From positions 1 to 60,042 of IMG/VR virus record IMGVR_UViG_3300036715_002143: DNA of 60,042 bases. One strand, given 5' to 3'. The DNA is from a virus. Lineage: Duplodnaviria; Caudoviricetes. The notes below the pieces were generated by a model. It was given only the letters and a program-made list of their open reading frames with translations. It was not told the DNA's origin and did no database searches. Both the position numbers and the translations under genes were made by a program. This document shows positions 1 to 9,000 of the stretch, one piece after another. Position 1 is the first letter of the stretch. Each line of letters opens with the position of its first letter.

Positions 1-127
1 TCGGAAGCGGCTCGCTCGACCAGATGCTCGGGGGCGCCGACAAGGCCGCGAGCGCGCTCGCGAACCTGAAGGTCGACCGCGGCGCCACCGCCGTCGCGAA
101 CCCGTTCTCCTCGAGCTACCACCACGG
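1..127. repeat. Terminal overlap, copy 1 (identical to 59833-59959)
   Basis: Base-by-base identity for 127 nt; indicates a circular or circularly permuted assembly. Confidence 0.95.
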
Positions 128-344
128 GGCGACGCCCGCGAACGGCAACGGCGGCGGCGCTCTGCCGGGCTCGCTCGGGTGGACGTTCGGCGGCGGCGGC
201 CAGGGGGGCGCGGCTTCGCCCCCGGTCGCGATCGACAAGGTCTCGGCCAACATCATCGGCAGTGCGATCGCCGACTCGCTGAACGGCAAGCAGCTCACCG
301 GCCGGCACACGCCCATCTCCGACCCGTTCCGCCTCTCGTTCTGA
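1..344 (+). CDS. Tape measure protein, C-terminal part (continues from 58068 across the circular junction)
   Basis: ORF 24..344 is in frame with the open frame starting at 58068 through the terminal overlap. Confidence 0.85.
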   Translation, partial: GSGSLDQMLGGADKAASALANLKVDRGATAVANPFSSSYHHGATPANGNGGGALPGSLGWTFGGGGQGGAASPPVAIDKVSANIIGSAIADSLNGKQLTGRHTPISDPFRLSF

Positions 345-346
345 CC

Positions 347-1321
347 ATGGCCGCACTCCCCACCGGAACCGCGAACGGCCTCGGCGGCGCAGACGCGCTG
401 TCGCGTCTGCCGCGCATCACGTGGCGCGGCATCACGTTCCCCTTCGACGACCTCAAGACCGAGTTCCGGCACGACATCGCCGAGCACATGGCGCCCGACG
501 TCGACGGCGCGCACGTCGAGGGGACCGGCCGGCGCGCGCGCGTCGTTTCGTGCAAGGCGATCTTCCTGAACCGCGGCGCGGTGTTCGAGACGACGGGCTA
601 CCTCGACTCGTTCGGCAACGTGCTGCCGCTCTTCCCCGACGTGTTCCGCCTCTTCGTGGGGGCGATGGAAGACCGGAGCGTCGGCGACTTCTACCACCCC
701 GTGCGGGGTGCGATGCGCTGCCGTCCGGTATCGGGCGGCGACACCATCTCGAGCAAGCAGCGCGACGGCGTCGTGCTCGAGTGCCAGTGGATCGAGACGA
801 ACGAAGAGGACACGATCCCGGCGGCGCCGCAGCTCGGAGATCTCTCGATGCTGACGCGCGAGGCGCGCTCGCTCGACGCGATGCTCGCCGCCCTCTCGCC
901 GCAGCCGAAGGCGGCAGCGATGCCGTCGATGTCGTTCGCGTCGCTCGTCGCCCAGACCACCGGCGCGTTCGACTCGGTCACGCTCGCCAAGAACCAGGCG
1001 ACCGGGAAGCTCGACAACATCATCGCGCAGGTCACCAGGCTGCAGACGTCCATGGTGGGCGCGCAGGACGCCGCATGGCTCGCGACGATGGGCCCGCTGA
1101 TGTCCACGTGCGAGCGCATCAAGTCGGCGCTCTACGCGCGCAAGGCGACCGCCACGGCAGGCCAGCGCGCCGTCAGCAACTACGTCGTGCCGATGGACCA
1201 GACGCTCGGCGCCATCGCGAACCACCTCGGCGCGAAGGTCGACGACCTGCTCAAGCTGAATCCGTCGGCCGCATCGGCGCCCGTCGTGAAGCGCTCGACG
1301 CTCATCCGCTACTACGCCTGA
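347..1321 (+). CDS. Mu-like DNA circularisation / tail-tube initiator protein with C-terminal LysM-like domain
   Basis: N-terminal WRGITFPF..RHDIAEH..P.VDG..VE.TGRRAR resembles the Mu gpN N-terminal domain; C-terminal YVVPMDQTLGAIA..LLKLNP is LysM-like; follows the tape measure gene. Confidence 0.8.
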   Translation: MAALPTGTANGLGGADALSRLPRITWRGITFPFDDLKTEFRHDIAEHMAPDVDGAHVEGTGRRARVVSCKAIFLNRGAVFETTGYLDSFGNVLPLFPDVFRLFVGAMEDRSVGDFYHPVRGAMRCRPVSGGDTISSKQRDGVVLECQWIETNEEDTIPAAPQLGDLSMLTREARSLDAMLAALSPQPKAAAMPSMSFASLVAQTTGAFDSVTLAKNQATGKLDNIIAQVTRLQTSMVGAQDAAWLATMGPLMSTCERIKSALYARKATATAGQRAVSNYVVPMDQTLGAIANHLGAKVDDLLKLNPSAASAPVVKRSTLIRYYA

Positions 1322-1325
1322 CGCC

Positions 1326-2663
1326 ATGGACGACCAGGTCGAGCTGCTCATCCCGGGCACTGGCGAGCGGGTCCAGTTCTGGACGTCGTACAGCCACGAC
1401 TCGGAGTTCCTGACGCCCACGGACGGCTGGTCGCTCGGCACCGCCGACAAGTCGATCATCCCCGCGCTGCGCGCGAAACTGCGGCCTGGCACGGAGGTGC
1501 AGTTCGTCGTCAACGGGTTGGTCCAGGCCACCGGGATCGTCGACCACCCGAACCTCAAGGGCGGGCGCAGCGGCGGCCACACGGCCACGTTCGCGGGGCG
1601 CGACAAGCTCTCCCCCGTCGTCGACGCCGTGTGCGATCCGAAGTGGGTCTTCAAGCCCACGATGACGATGGGCGACGTGTTCCAGAAGGTGTTCGGCCCC
1701 TTCGGCTTCGCGCTCTTCTCGACGACCGACATCTTCAACCGTCGCGCGCTGACCGGCGTGAACCCGGCGAAGGCTGGCCAGCGCGTGGTGACGCCCGCTG
1801 CCAACGTCGCCGACGGTACCTACCAGGATACGCCGAGCGGGCAGGCCGCCTTCGTCGCGAACGGCAACGTCATCCACTACGACGCCGTCACCGAGCTCTA
1901 CGACCCGACGGCGCCGAAGTCGCTGCAGTCGATGACGTTCGACCAGATGAAGCCGCACGACGGCGAAGGGTGCTTCGAATTCTGCGCGCGTCTGGTCAAG
2001 CGCTTCGGTTACCAGATCTGGCTGAACGCAGCCGGCGACACGGTCATCGTCAGCGCGCCCGACTTCGACTCGCCCGCGCCCTACCGCATCGTGCAGCGCG
2101 ACGGGTTCACCGACGCCGAGGACTACGACGGCAGCTTCGACTACGCCGACCAGCCGTGCGTGATCATCGCCTACGGCACGGGCGGCGGCGGCGTGAACGA
2201 CCGCGCGACCATCAAGTGCGCGATGGTCAACGAGCTCACCGGCGCGACGCGCGACGGCTTCGCCCGCGACGACGTGCAGGCGGCGATCAACAAGTACCCG
2301 GGCGCGCGCGTGCTGCCGATTCGCCCGGAGCTCCTGCCGTACTCGGTCGAGTGGGCAGGGCGTACGACGCGGCCGCTCTACCTCAAGGACGAGGAATCCA
2401 AGAACATCGGCCAGCTCGAGGCGTTCGTTCGTAGGCAGATGGCGCAGCGGCAGAAGCGCGCGCTAACGGTCACCTACACGGTGCGCGGGCACACGCGCAA
2501 CGACGTCCCCTGGCACGTGAACTCGCTGGTCGACATCGACGACGACGTGCTCGACATCCACGAGCCGCTCTGGTGCATCGGCCGCACGTTCACCAAGGGG
2601 CGCGACGGCACGCGCACGAAGCTGACGCTCATCCGCCGCCACACGATGGACCTCCTCGCATGA
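1326..2663 (+). CDS. Baseplate hub protein (Mu gp44/gpD-like)
   Basis: Synteny; WTSYS..S.FLTP.DGWSL start and C-terminal W.VNSLV.IDD..LDI...T.LTL typical of hub proteins. Confidence 0.75.
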   Translation: MDDQVELLIPGTGERVQFWTSYSHDSEFLTPTDGWSLGTADKSIIPALRAKLRPGTEVQFVVNGLVQATGIVDHPNLKGGRSGGHTATFAGRDKLSPVVDAVCDPKWVFKPTMTMGDVFQKVFGPFGFALFSTTDIFNRRALTGVNPAKAGQRVVTPAANVADGTYQDTPSGQAAFVANGNVIHYDAVTELYDPTAPKSLQSMTFDQMKPHDGEGCFEFCARLVKRFGYQIWLNAAGDTVIVSAPDFDSPAPYRIVQRDGFTDAEDYDGSFDYADQPCVIIAYGTGGGGVNDRATIKCAMVNELTGATRDGFARDDVQAAINKYPGARVLPIRPELLPYSVEWAGRTTRPLYLKDEESKNIGQLEAFVRRQMAQRQKRALTVTYTVRGHTRNDVPWHVNSLVDIDDDVLDIHEPLWCIGRTFTKGRDGTRTKLTLIRRHTMDLLA

Positions 2664-3373
2664 CCCCCAACCGCGGCGCGCAGTTCATCACCGGCGAGGA
2701 CGTGCTCTCGAGCACGCGCGACGAGGCGACGAACGCGATCGTGCTGCAGCTCGGCGACGTCACGGCGAACGACCCGTCCTCGCAGGAGGCGGTGCTCGTT
2801 CCGCAGTGCGGCTTCGTCTCGCACCCTGCGAAGGCGACGGCGGGACGCGCGGCCGCGCAGGCGTACGGCCTCCGGCAAGGAGATCGCGACATCATCCTCG
2901 GCATCCGCGACTCGCGGTCGGCCGACATCTACGGCGCGCTCGCAGAAGGCGAGTCGTGCGCGTACGCCCCCGCCGGTAGCGCGCGCACGGTCTGGAAGAA
3001 GAACTCCGTCACCGACTACGTCATCGGCACGGACGGCAAGCCGTGCTCGTTCACGTTCGACGAGAACGGCGTCACGTTCCTCTGGCCGTGGGGATCGTTC
3101 TCGTTCACGCGCGACAACGGTCTGCAGGTCAACCACCCGGCCTCTGAGACGTCCATGGCGATGGGCCCGATCTCTGGCCTGCCGTCGCCAGCGGACGTCA
3201 TCAAGGGCGCCTTCTCGGTGGCGGGCGGCATCTGCGAGGTCGCAGGCGCGCTCACGAAGCTCGGCACCGGCACGTTCAGCAACGCGGTCGGGACTGTGGT
3301 CGCGGGGGCAGCGCCGCAGCCTGCAACCCCTCTGACCGCATCTGGCGGCGTCTTCATCGGGAGCGGCGGCTGA
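2660..3373 (+). CDS. Baseplate spike protein (Mu gp45-like)
   Basis: ATGA overlap with hub gene; GFVSHP and L.EGE...Y motifs of the Mu gp45 type. Confidence 0.7.
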   Translation: MTPNRGAQFITGEDVLSSTRDEATNAIVLQLGDVTANDPSSQEAVLVPQCGFVSHPAKATAGRAAAQAYGLRQGDRDIILGIRDSRSADIYGALAEGESCAYAPAGSARTVWKKNSVTDYVIGTDGKPCSFTFDENGVTFLWPWGSFSFTRDNGLQVNHPASETSMAMGPISGLPSPADVIKGAFSVAGGICEVAGALTKLGTGTFSNAVGTVVAGAAPQPATPLTASGGVFIGSGG

Positions 3374-3534
3374 TGTCCTCACGCTGCAACTTCACGCTGC
3401 CGGTTGCGCCGCCTCCGCTGCCGTCGCTGCCTCCGCTACCAGCGCCGATCGCCGCCGCCATCCTGGCGCTCGCGCAGGCGAAGGCGGCCGCCCTGCGCGC
3501 GCTCGCCGTCGTGCCGTTCTGCCCCCTCGACTGA
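3373..3534 (+). CDS. 53-aa Pro-rich protein (not in ORF track)
   Basis: TGATG coupling to spike gene; MSSRCNFTLPVAPPPLPSLPPLPAP...VPFCPLD fills the gap. Confidence 0.65.
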   Translation: MSSRCNFTLPVAPPPLPSLPPLPAPIAAAILALAQAKAAALRALAVVPFCPLD

Positions 3535-3543
3535 GGCCCACCC

Positions 3544-3990
3544 ATGGCGACACCCGTTCTCGGCGCCGGCCTCTGTCCCGCTGGGAGCTCGGCAGCGGGC
3601 TTCGGCTCGCCGGCGATCGCTGACGAGAACGGCAACACCGTGCTCCCGCTCGCGAACGGGGGCACGGGCACAGGGCGCTACATCGACCCGCAGACGCGCG
3701 ACTACGTGGCGACGGCCGACGGCAACCTGCAGGGGCTCGGCAGCGCAGCGCAGGACGTGTGGCTCACCCTCGCCGCGTTCTCGGGCGGGCCGCGCATGCT
3801 GAACGAGTCGTCGATCGCGAAGTACGAGATCGACATCCGCGCGGCGCTCGCGCCCCTCGTCGCACGCGGGCTCATCACCCTCCGCAGCATCGTCATCGCG
3901 CGCGCGGCCGACACGCCGACTCGCCTTTCGACGGCGATCCGCTGGATCGACACGAGCAGCGGGCAAGAGCTGACGACCTCGATCGTCTGA
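3544..3990 (+). CDS. Baseplate wedge / sheath initiator (gp25 or Mu gp46-like)
   Basis: Size and position before baseplate J; IRAALAPLVARGLI motif. Confidence 0.65.
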   Translation: MATPVLGAGLCPAGSSAAGFGSPAIADENGNTVLPLANGGTGTGRYIDPQTRDYVATADGNLQGLGSAAQDVWLTLAAFSGGPRMLNESSIAKYEIDIRAALAPLVARGLITLRSIVIARAADTPTRLSTAIRWIDTSSGQELTTSIV

Positions 3991-3996
3991 GGACCC

Positions 3997-5484
3997 ATGA
4001 CGCTCACGATCAAGACGCAGCCGACGATTCGCGACGACCAGCTCCGGACCATCTCGAACGGCCTGCGCGCGCGCGGCGTCGCGAATCCGAACGTCGGCCC
4101 CTCGAGCGACTACTACGCGATCGCGTCTGGCCTCGCGACCGAGTGCGCGACCGCGCAGGCGAACTCGGCAATCTCCGTCGAGGAGAACATGCCGGACACC
4201 GCGGTCGGAGCAAACCTCGATCGCTGGCTCAACCGCTTCGGCATCCCGCGCCGCCAGGCGTTCAAGTCGACTGGGCGCGGCACGTTTGCGACGTCGGGCA
4301 CGACCATCGTGGTCGCCGGCTCGCAAGCTCTCGGCCCGAACAATGCGCGGTTCGAAGTCGTCTCGTCGGGCACGTACGCGAATGGCGACCCGATCGACCT
4401 GCGCTCGCTCTCGACCGGCGCGATCACGAACCTGCCCGGCGGTACCACGCTCAAGTGGGTGTCGCCGCCGGCCTACGCCGCCACGACGCTCGTGCTCGAT
4501 GCCAACGGCACGACCGGCGGCGCGGACCTCGAGGACGACGAGGCGGCCCGCGTGCGGCTCCTCGACTACATGGCCGACCCGCCTGGCAGCGGCAACTCGT
4601 CGCAGGTCGCGAAGACTGCCGAGGCGTACGGCGCCGCCGTCGAGAAAGCGTTCGTGCACAACGCAGCGAACGGCCCCGGCACGATGCACGTCGCGATCGT
4701 CGGTCCGGCCGCGGCCTCCACGACGCGCTCGAGGCAGGTCTCGCCGGCGAACGTGACGGCGGTGACGGCGCTCGTCGTAGGCGCGCACCCCGAGTACGTC
4801 GAGATCGTCCTGACGTCGGCCGTCGACCAGATCACGAACCTCTCGTTCCTGCTGCAGCTGCCGACGACGGCCAACGCCGGTTCGAACGGGACGAACGGCT
4901 GGCTCGATGCCGTGCCGTTTCCTGCTGTCGCGAGCCTTGGGTTCAAGGCCGCGTACGTGTCGTCGTGGGTCAGTTCGACCGACATCACGATCGCGAACTG
5001 CGCGGCCATCCCGACGATCGGGCAGTCGATCTCGTACATCGACCATACGACGTTCATGCTGCGCACGGCGAAGATCCTGACGAACCCGAGCAACACCGGC
5101 GCGGGGCCGTACGCGTGCCGAGTGACGCTCGACACGCCGTTCACAAACATCGGCGTCAGTGACTACGTGTTCCCCTCCGCGGTGAACGGCGCCAACTACC
5201 TCGCGGCCATCCTCGGCGCGTTCGCGGCGCTGGGGAGTGGGGAGAAGACGGTGCTTCCGGGGCTGCTCCCGTTCGCATACCGCAAGCCGCGCTCGTTCGA
5301 GGCCGCCGACTACACGCTCGGCGCCAAGATGCTGCGGGCGCTCAGCAACGCGGGCGACGAGGTGCTCGACGTTGCGTGGGGCTACCAGAACGGCGGCACC
5401 ACGACGCCCGACCTTCCGGCCAGCATCACGCAGGGGCCGAGCGTGTTCGTCCCCTTCCGCATCGCCTGGTACCCGGCGGCCTGA
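3997..5484 (+). CDS. Baseplate J-like wedge protein
   Basis: PDTA.G..LD, G..TN, GGAD.E.DE..R.R, PPGSGN and GPGT motifs. Confidence 0.9.
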   Translation: MTLTIKTQPTIRDDQLRTISNGLRARGVANPNVGPSSDYYAIASGLATECATAQANSAISVEENMPDTAVGANLDRWLNRFGIPRRQAFKSTGRGTFATSGTTIVVAGSQALGPNNARFEVVSSGTYANGDPIDLRSLSTGAITNLPGGTTLKWVSPPAYAATTLVLDANGTTGGADLEDDEAARVRLLDYMADPPGSGNSSQVAKTAEAYGAAVEKAFVHNAANGPGTMHVAIVGPAAASTTRSRQVSPANVTAVTALVVGAHPEYVEIVLTSAVDQITNLSFLLQLPTTANAGSNGTNGWLDAVPFPAVASLGFKAAYVSSWVSSTDITIANCAAIPTIGQSISYIDHTTFMLRTAKILTNPSNTGAGPYACRVTLDTPFTNIGVSDYVFPSAVNGANYLAAILGAFAALGSGEKTVLPGLLPFAYRKPRSFEAADYTLGAKMLRALSNAGDEVLDVAWGYQNGGTTTPDLPASITQGPSVFVPFRIAWYPAA

Positions 5485-5493
5485 GAGAAACCC

Positions 5494-5982
5494 ATGGCGA
5501 CCCCGAACAGCTCCGCGCTCGGCGACTACGGAATGCCGGTCGGCGACTACCTCGTCGAGGTGACCGACCCGACTACCGACCAGCCGGCGAGCGGCGCCGC
5601 GCAGCAGGCGTGCGACACGGCCGCGATGACGCGCACCGCGCCGCGCGCGATCGTGAAGTTCACGACGAACGGGACGGGCGTCCCGACGCTAGTGCTGCAC
5701 GAGGCGCAGTGGGGCATCGGCACAACCCCCGTCGTCGCGCGCACCGGCGTTGGGATGTTCACGATCACGTGGCCGGTCACCGTGGTCGACGAGCTCGGCG
5801 TCTCGCAGTCCGTGAACTTGCGGTTCACCGACTGGCCAGCGCTGGACGGCGTCGTCGGCGTGAACCTCGCTACGGCAACCGTCACCGCGCCGAACGTCGT
5901 CACGGTCTACCAGGTCAATATCAGCGGCGGCCCCGTGGCGGCCGACAGCACCGGCGTTTCCTACACTGTGGTCGCGCGCTAG
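5494..5982 (+). CDS. Putative baseplate/virion structural protein
   Basis: Thr/Val/Gly-rich 162 aa between baseplate J and the gp48-like gene. Confidence 0.55.
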   Translation: MATPNSSALGDYGMPVGDYLVEVTDPTTDQPASGAAQQACDTAAMTRTAPRAIVKFTTNGTGVPTLVLHEAQWGIGTTPVVARTGVGMFTITWPVTVVDELGVSQSVNLRFTDWPALDGVVGVNLATATVTAPNVVTVYQVNISGGPVAADSTGVSYTVVAR

Positions 5983-5985
5983 CCC

Positions 5986-6687
5986 ATGCCCTACGGCGGC
6001 CTCGCACCGATTCGGCGCTTCGGCTCCTCGCGCGGCGGCGCGCTCGAGGCGCTGACGCGGTCGCTGCTCGCGAGCCGCGGCGTCGCGTTCGACCAGAGCT
6101 CGACGGACACGCTCGTCTGGGTCGAGTGCCACGCGCACGCTCGCGCGATCTGGGAGTGCTACGAGACGGCGCAGCGGGCCGCGAACGTGTTCGATCCCGA
6201 GCGCTGCCCGCTCTCGATGCTGCCGCGCTGGGAGCGGATCTTCCGCATCTACCCGGCGCCGACCGCGACGCCGAGGCAGCGCCGCGCCGCGCTCGTCGCG
6301 TGCTGGCAGCGCATCGGCGCGCCCATCTACCTCGGCGCGCTCACCGCGCTCGTGACCGCGCTCGCTCCGGCGATGTCGCCGACGATCGTGCACGGCACGT
6401 CCGCGACGGCGACGACGCACACGTACACCGCTGTCAGCGTGCCCGGCGGCATCACGACGACGGGCGACGGCATGTGGGGCTCGTCGCTGCACTCGGTCAC
6501 GATCGTCTGTACGCCAGTGGCGGGGGAGTCGATGGGGCAGACCGCGACTCGGCTCGACGCTCTTCGCAGCGCGCTCTGTCGCGTACTGCCCGCATGGATG
6601 CGGTACTACGTCGCGATCAACGATGGTTCGGGCGCGCTGCGCTTCCGTGCGAGCGAACGCAACTGCGACTTGGAGGCGGTGACGTAA
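5986..6687 (+). CDS. Baseplate wedge protein (Mu gp48/YmfQ-like)
   Basis: DP....MLPRWERIF.I......QRRAAL and C-terminal LPAW motifs. Confidence 0.8.
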   Translation: MPYGGLAPIRRFGSSRGGALEALTRSLLASRGVAFDQSSTDTLVWVECHAHARAIWECYETAQRAANVFDPERCPLSMLPRWERIFRIYPAPTATPRQRRAALVACWQRIGAPIYLGALTALVTALAPAMSPTIVHGTSATATTHTYTAVSVPGGITTTGDGMWGSSLHSVTIVCTPVAGESMGQTATRLDALRSALCRVLPAWMRYYVAINDGSGALRFRASERNCDLEAVT

Positions 6688-7568
6688 TGGCGTTCTCGAA
6701 GACTTGGCCGTCCGGCGTGGCCGCGCTGCAGGTGCTCACGCACACGGAGTTCACCGCGCTCGACAACGACCACGCGAACGCGCTCGACAAGACCGGCGAC
6801 ACGATCACGAGCGGGCACACGATCACGTGGGGCTCCGGCGCGATCCTGGCGCTCGCGAGCGGCGGCGCGATCAACGGTGTCGCGGGCGCGGCGTTCAACT
6901 TCGCCGGCGACATGCTGCTCACCGGCGGCCTGGCGACGTTCACCGCAGAGGCTGGGACGACGGTCGTGCTGAAGGGCGCGTGCGGCGTCTACGCGGGCGC
7001 GACATTCGACGTCAGCGGCGCGAGCACGCGGATCAAGACCGCGAGCGGCGGGCGCATCGTGCTCGGCGACAACGACTACCCTACGTTCTCCGCGACCCGG
7101 AACTTCGCGCGCGGGGTCTCTCTCGCCGGCATCGTCCTCCCGAGCGGAACCACTGGCTGGACGGTCGGGGCGAACGGTCTGACCTCTACTGCGTCCGGCG
7201 CGAATATCTCCAACTTCGCCGTGCCGCAGCGCCTAATGGATGGCGCAACGCTCGCGTCGATCGATCTGTACGTCACGCCGTCGACCACCACCGCGACGCT
7301 TGGCGGGCTGTTCACCGCGTATCGGCGCACGCTCGCCACCGGCGCTGGGCTGGCGGCCTGGACGAGCCTCGGCAGCGTGTCGATCTCCGGCGCGAGCTGG
7401 ACGGACGGGCTCGTGCACAAGGTGACGGCGACGGTCGGCGCGGTCATCTCGGCTGCCGATCAGTTCTCGTTCAGCATCGGCGACGAGACGGGGGGCGCCT
7501 ACGCGGGCGGAAGCGTCTACCACCACATGGTGTTCAACTACACCGCCGGTGGGCTGCTGATGCCCTAG
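6687..7568 (+). CDS. Putative tail fibre protein
   Basis: TAATG coupling; Gly/Thr/Ala-rich; canonical position after the gp48-like gene. Confidence 0.65.
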   Translation: MAFSKTWPSGVAALQVLTHTEFTALDNDHANALDKTGDTITSGHTITWGSGAILALASGGAINGVAGAAFNFAGDMLLTGGLATFTAEAGTTVVLKGACGVYAGATFDVSGASTRIKTASGGRIVLGDNDYPTFSATRNFARGVSLAGIVLPSGTTGWTVGANGLTSTASGANISNFAVPQRLMDGATLASIDLYVTPSTTTATLGGLFTAYRRTLATGAGLAAWTSLGSVSISGASWTDGLVHKVTATVGAVISAADQFSFSIGDETGGAYAGGSVYHHMVFNYTAGGLLMP

Positions 7569-7987
7569 CAGCTCGCCGCGCACCAGCCGTGCGACAGCGC
7601 GTCCTTGCAGCACATTGGAGTAGGCGCCGCGCAGTCCGAGTTCGTGCCGCATGAGGCAGGCGTCGGCACGCCGGTCGAGAGCGTGCAGCTGGGCGCGCAG
7701 AGCGTCTCGTCGACCATCGTTGCGCCCGTGCCGTCATGGCTGATGAGTGCGCAGCACGGCTCGCCGGGGCAGTCGCTCGCGCGCACGCACATGAAGGGCG
7801 TCGCCGCATCGGCATCGCGGACCGAATCCGCGACCGCGTCCCCGGGCGCCGTCGCTACGTGCGAGTCGGTGACCGCATCGCCCGCCTCCGAGCTCGCGTC
7901 GTTGCCCACGTAGACGTTCGTCACGTTCGTCGTCGACGAGCACCCGCACGACATCGCCACCACCGCCACGGCCCAGAGCTTCCACAT
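7565..7987 (-). CDS. Cys-rich lipoprotein (moron, antisense to tail operon)
   Basis: Signal peptide ending AMSCGC; acidic DA-rich linker; repeated C....DC....CC units. Confidence 0.75.
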   Translation of the reverse strand: MWKLWAVAVVAMSCGCSSTTNVTNVYVGNDASSEAGDAVTDSHVATAPGDAVADSVRDADAATPFMCVRASDCPGEPCCALISHDGTGATMVDETLCAPSCTLSTGVPTPASCGTNSDCAAPTPMCCKDALSHGWCAASC

Positions 7988-8067
7988 GGGGGAAGCCTAG
8001 CCACGACCGGCGGCGCCCGCACAGCACAGAAGAAAGCCGCGGGAATCCGCGCGCCTGGGAGCCTCGC

Positions 8068-8988
8068 ATGCGATTCCTTCCGACGAAGACCGGCACGACC
8101 GACGACGCCGCGCCCAGCGGCGCTCCCTCGTCCATCGCGCGGGCGTTCAACATCCAGCAGACGTTCGGCCTGACGATCCCATCGCGCGCCGCCTCGCTGC
8201 GCGGCTACTTCCAGGCGCTCGATGGCGGCGCGGTTCGCGTCGCCGGCGTCACGTGCCTCGCGCAGCTCTACTTCTGCGATCCAGCGACGAACGTCTGGTA
8301 CACCGTCGGGCCCGCGCAGACGCTCACCGCGGAGTCACACTTCGCGTTCCCGTTCGTGCCGCTCGACGCGAACACGTCGGCGTACCTGCAGCTGACGACC
8401 TTCGCAAACGTCGGCACCACGGCCACCGTCGTCGTGCACGCGATCGAGGGCGGCGAGATCGCCGACACGGTCTCCCCGCCGGTGCTCCAGTACGTCGCCG
8501 CGGGCAAGACGCTCACCGACGGCCAGATGGTTCCTGCGCAGGCGACCATCTCGGGCTTCGAGAAGGTGAGCCTCGGCGACGAGATCGCCGGCGAGAACCG
8601 CACCGACGGCGTCATCGCGGCGGCGCTGAAGTTCGTCGCCTCGGGCACCTACTCCCCCTCGCTCTACACGAACTGGGGGGCCAGCACCTCAGCGAACGTC
8701 AAGGCGTCGCCGGGCATCGTCAACAGCTTCTACGCGACGAACGGGAACGGGGCGGTTCGCTACATCCAGTTCCACAACCTGACGACGGCTCCGGGCGGCG
8801 GCACCACGCCGATCTACTCCTTCCCCGTCGCGCCCGGTGGCACCCTCTCGCTTGGCGCGGACTTCTGGACGCAGAACGGCGCGAAGCTCTCGACCGGGCT
8901 GGGGATCGCCGTGACGTGGAGCACCACGCAGGGCACCTACACGGCGGCCACGGCTGCCGACCACACCCTTCACGTCCACTACAACTGA
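8068..8988 (+). CDS. Putative tail/virion structural protein
   Basis: GGGAG RBS; Thr/Gly-rich; lies within the fibre cluster. Confidence 0.6.
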   Translation: MRFLPTKTGTTDDAAPSGAPSSIARAFNIQQTFGLTIPSRAASLRGYFQALDGGAVRVAGVTCLAQLYFCDPATNVWYTVGPAQTLTAESHFAFPFVPLDANTSAYLQLTTFANVGTTATVVVHAIEGGEIADTVSPPVLQYVAAGKTLTDGQMVPAQATISGFEKVSLGDEIAGENRTDGVIAAALKFVASGTYSPSLYTNWGASTSANVKASPGIVNSFYATNGNGAVRYIQFHNLTTAPGGGTTPIYSFPVAPGGTLSLGADFWTQNGAKLSTGLGIAVTWSTTQGTYTAATAADHTLHVHYN

Positions 8989-9000
8989 GCGGAGCCCGCG

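Noticed and set aside
1-127. Biological direct terminal repeat
   Set aside because: It falls mid-gene and its length equals a common assembler k-mer, so assembly overlap is the better explanation.
347-6687. Transposable Mu-like phage, or a tailocin/eCIS
   Set aside because: Only the tail genes are Mu-like. There is no transposase, and terminase, portal, capsid and DnaB-type replication genes are present.
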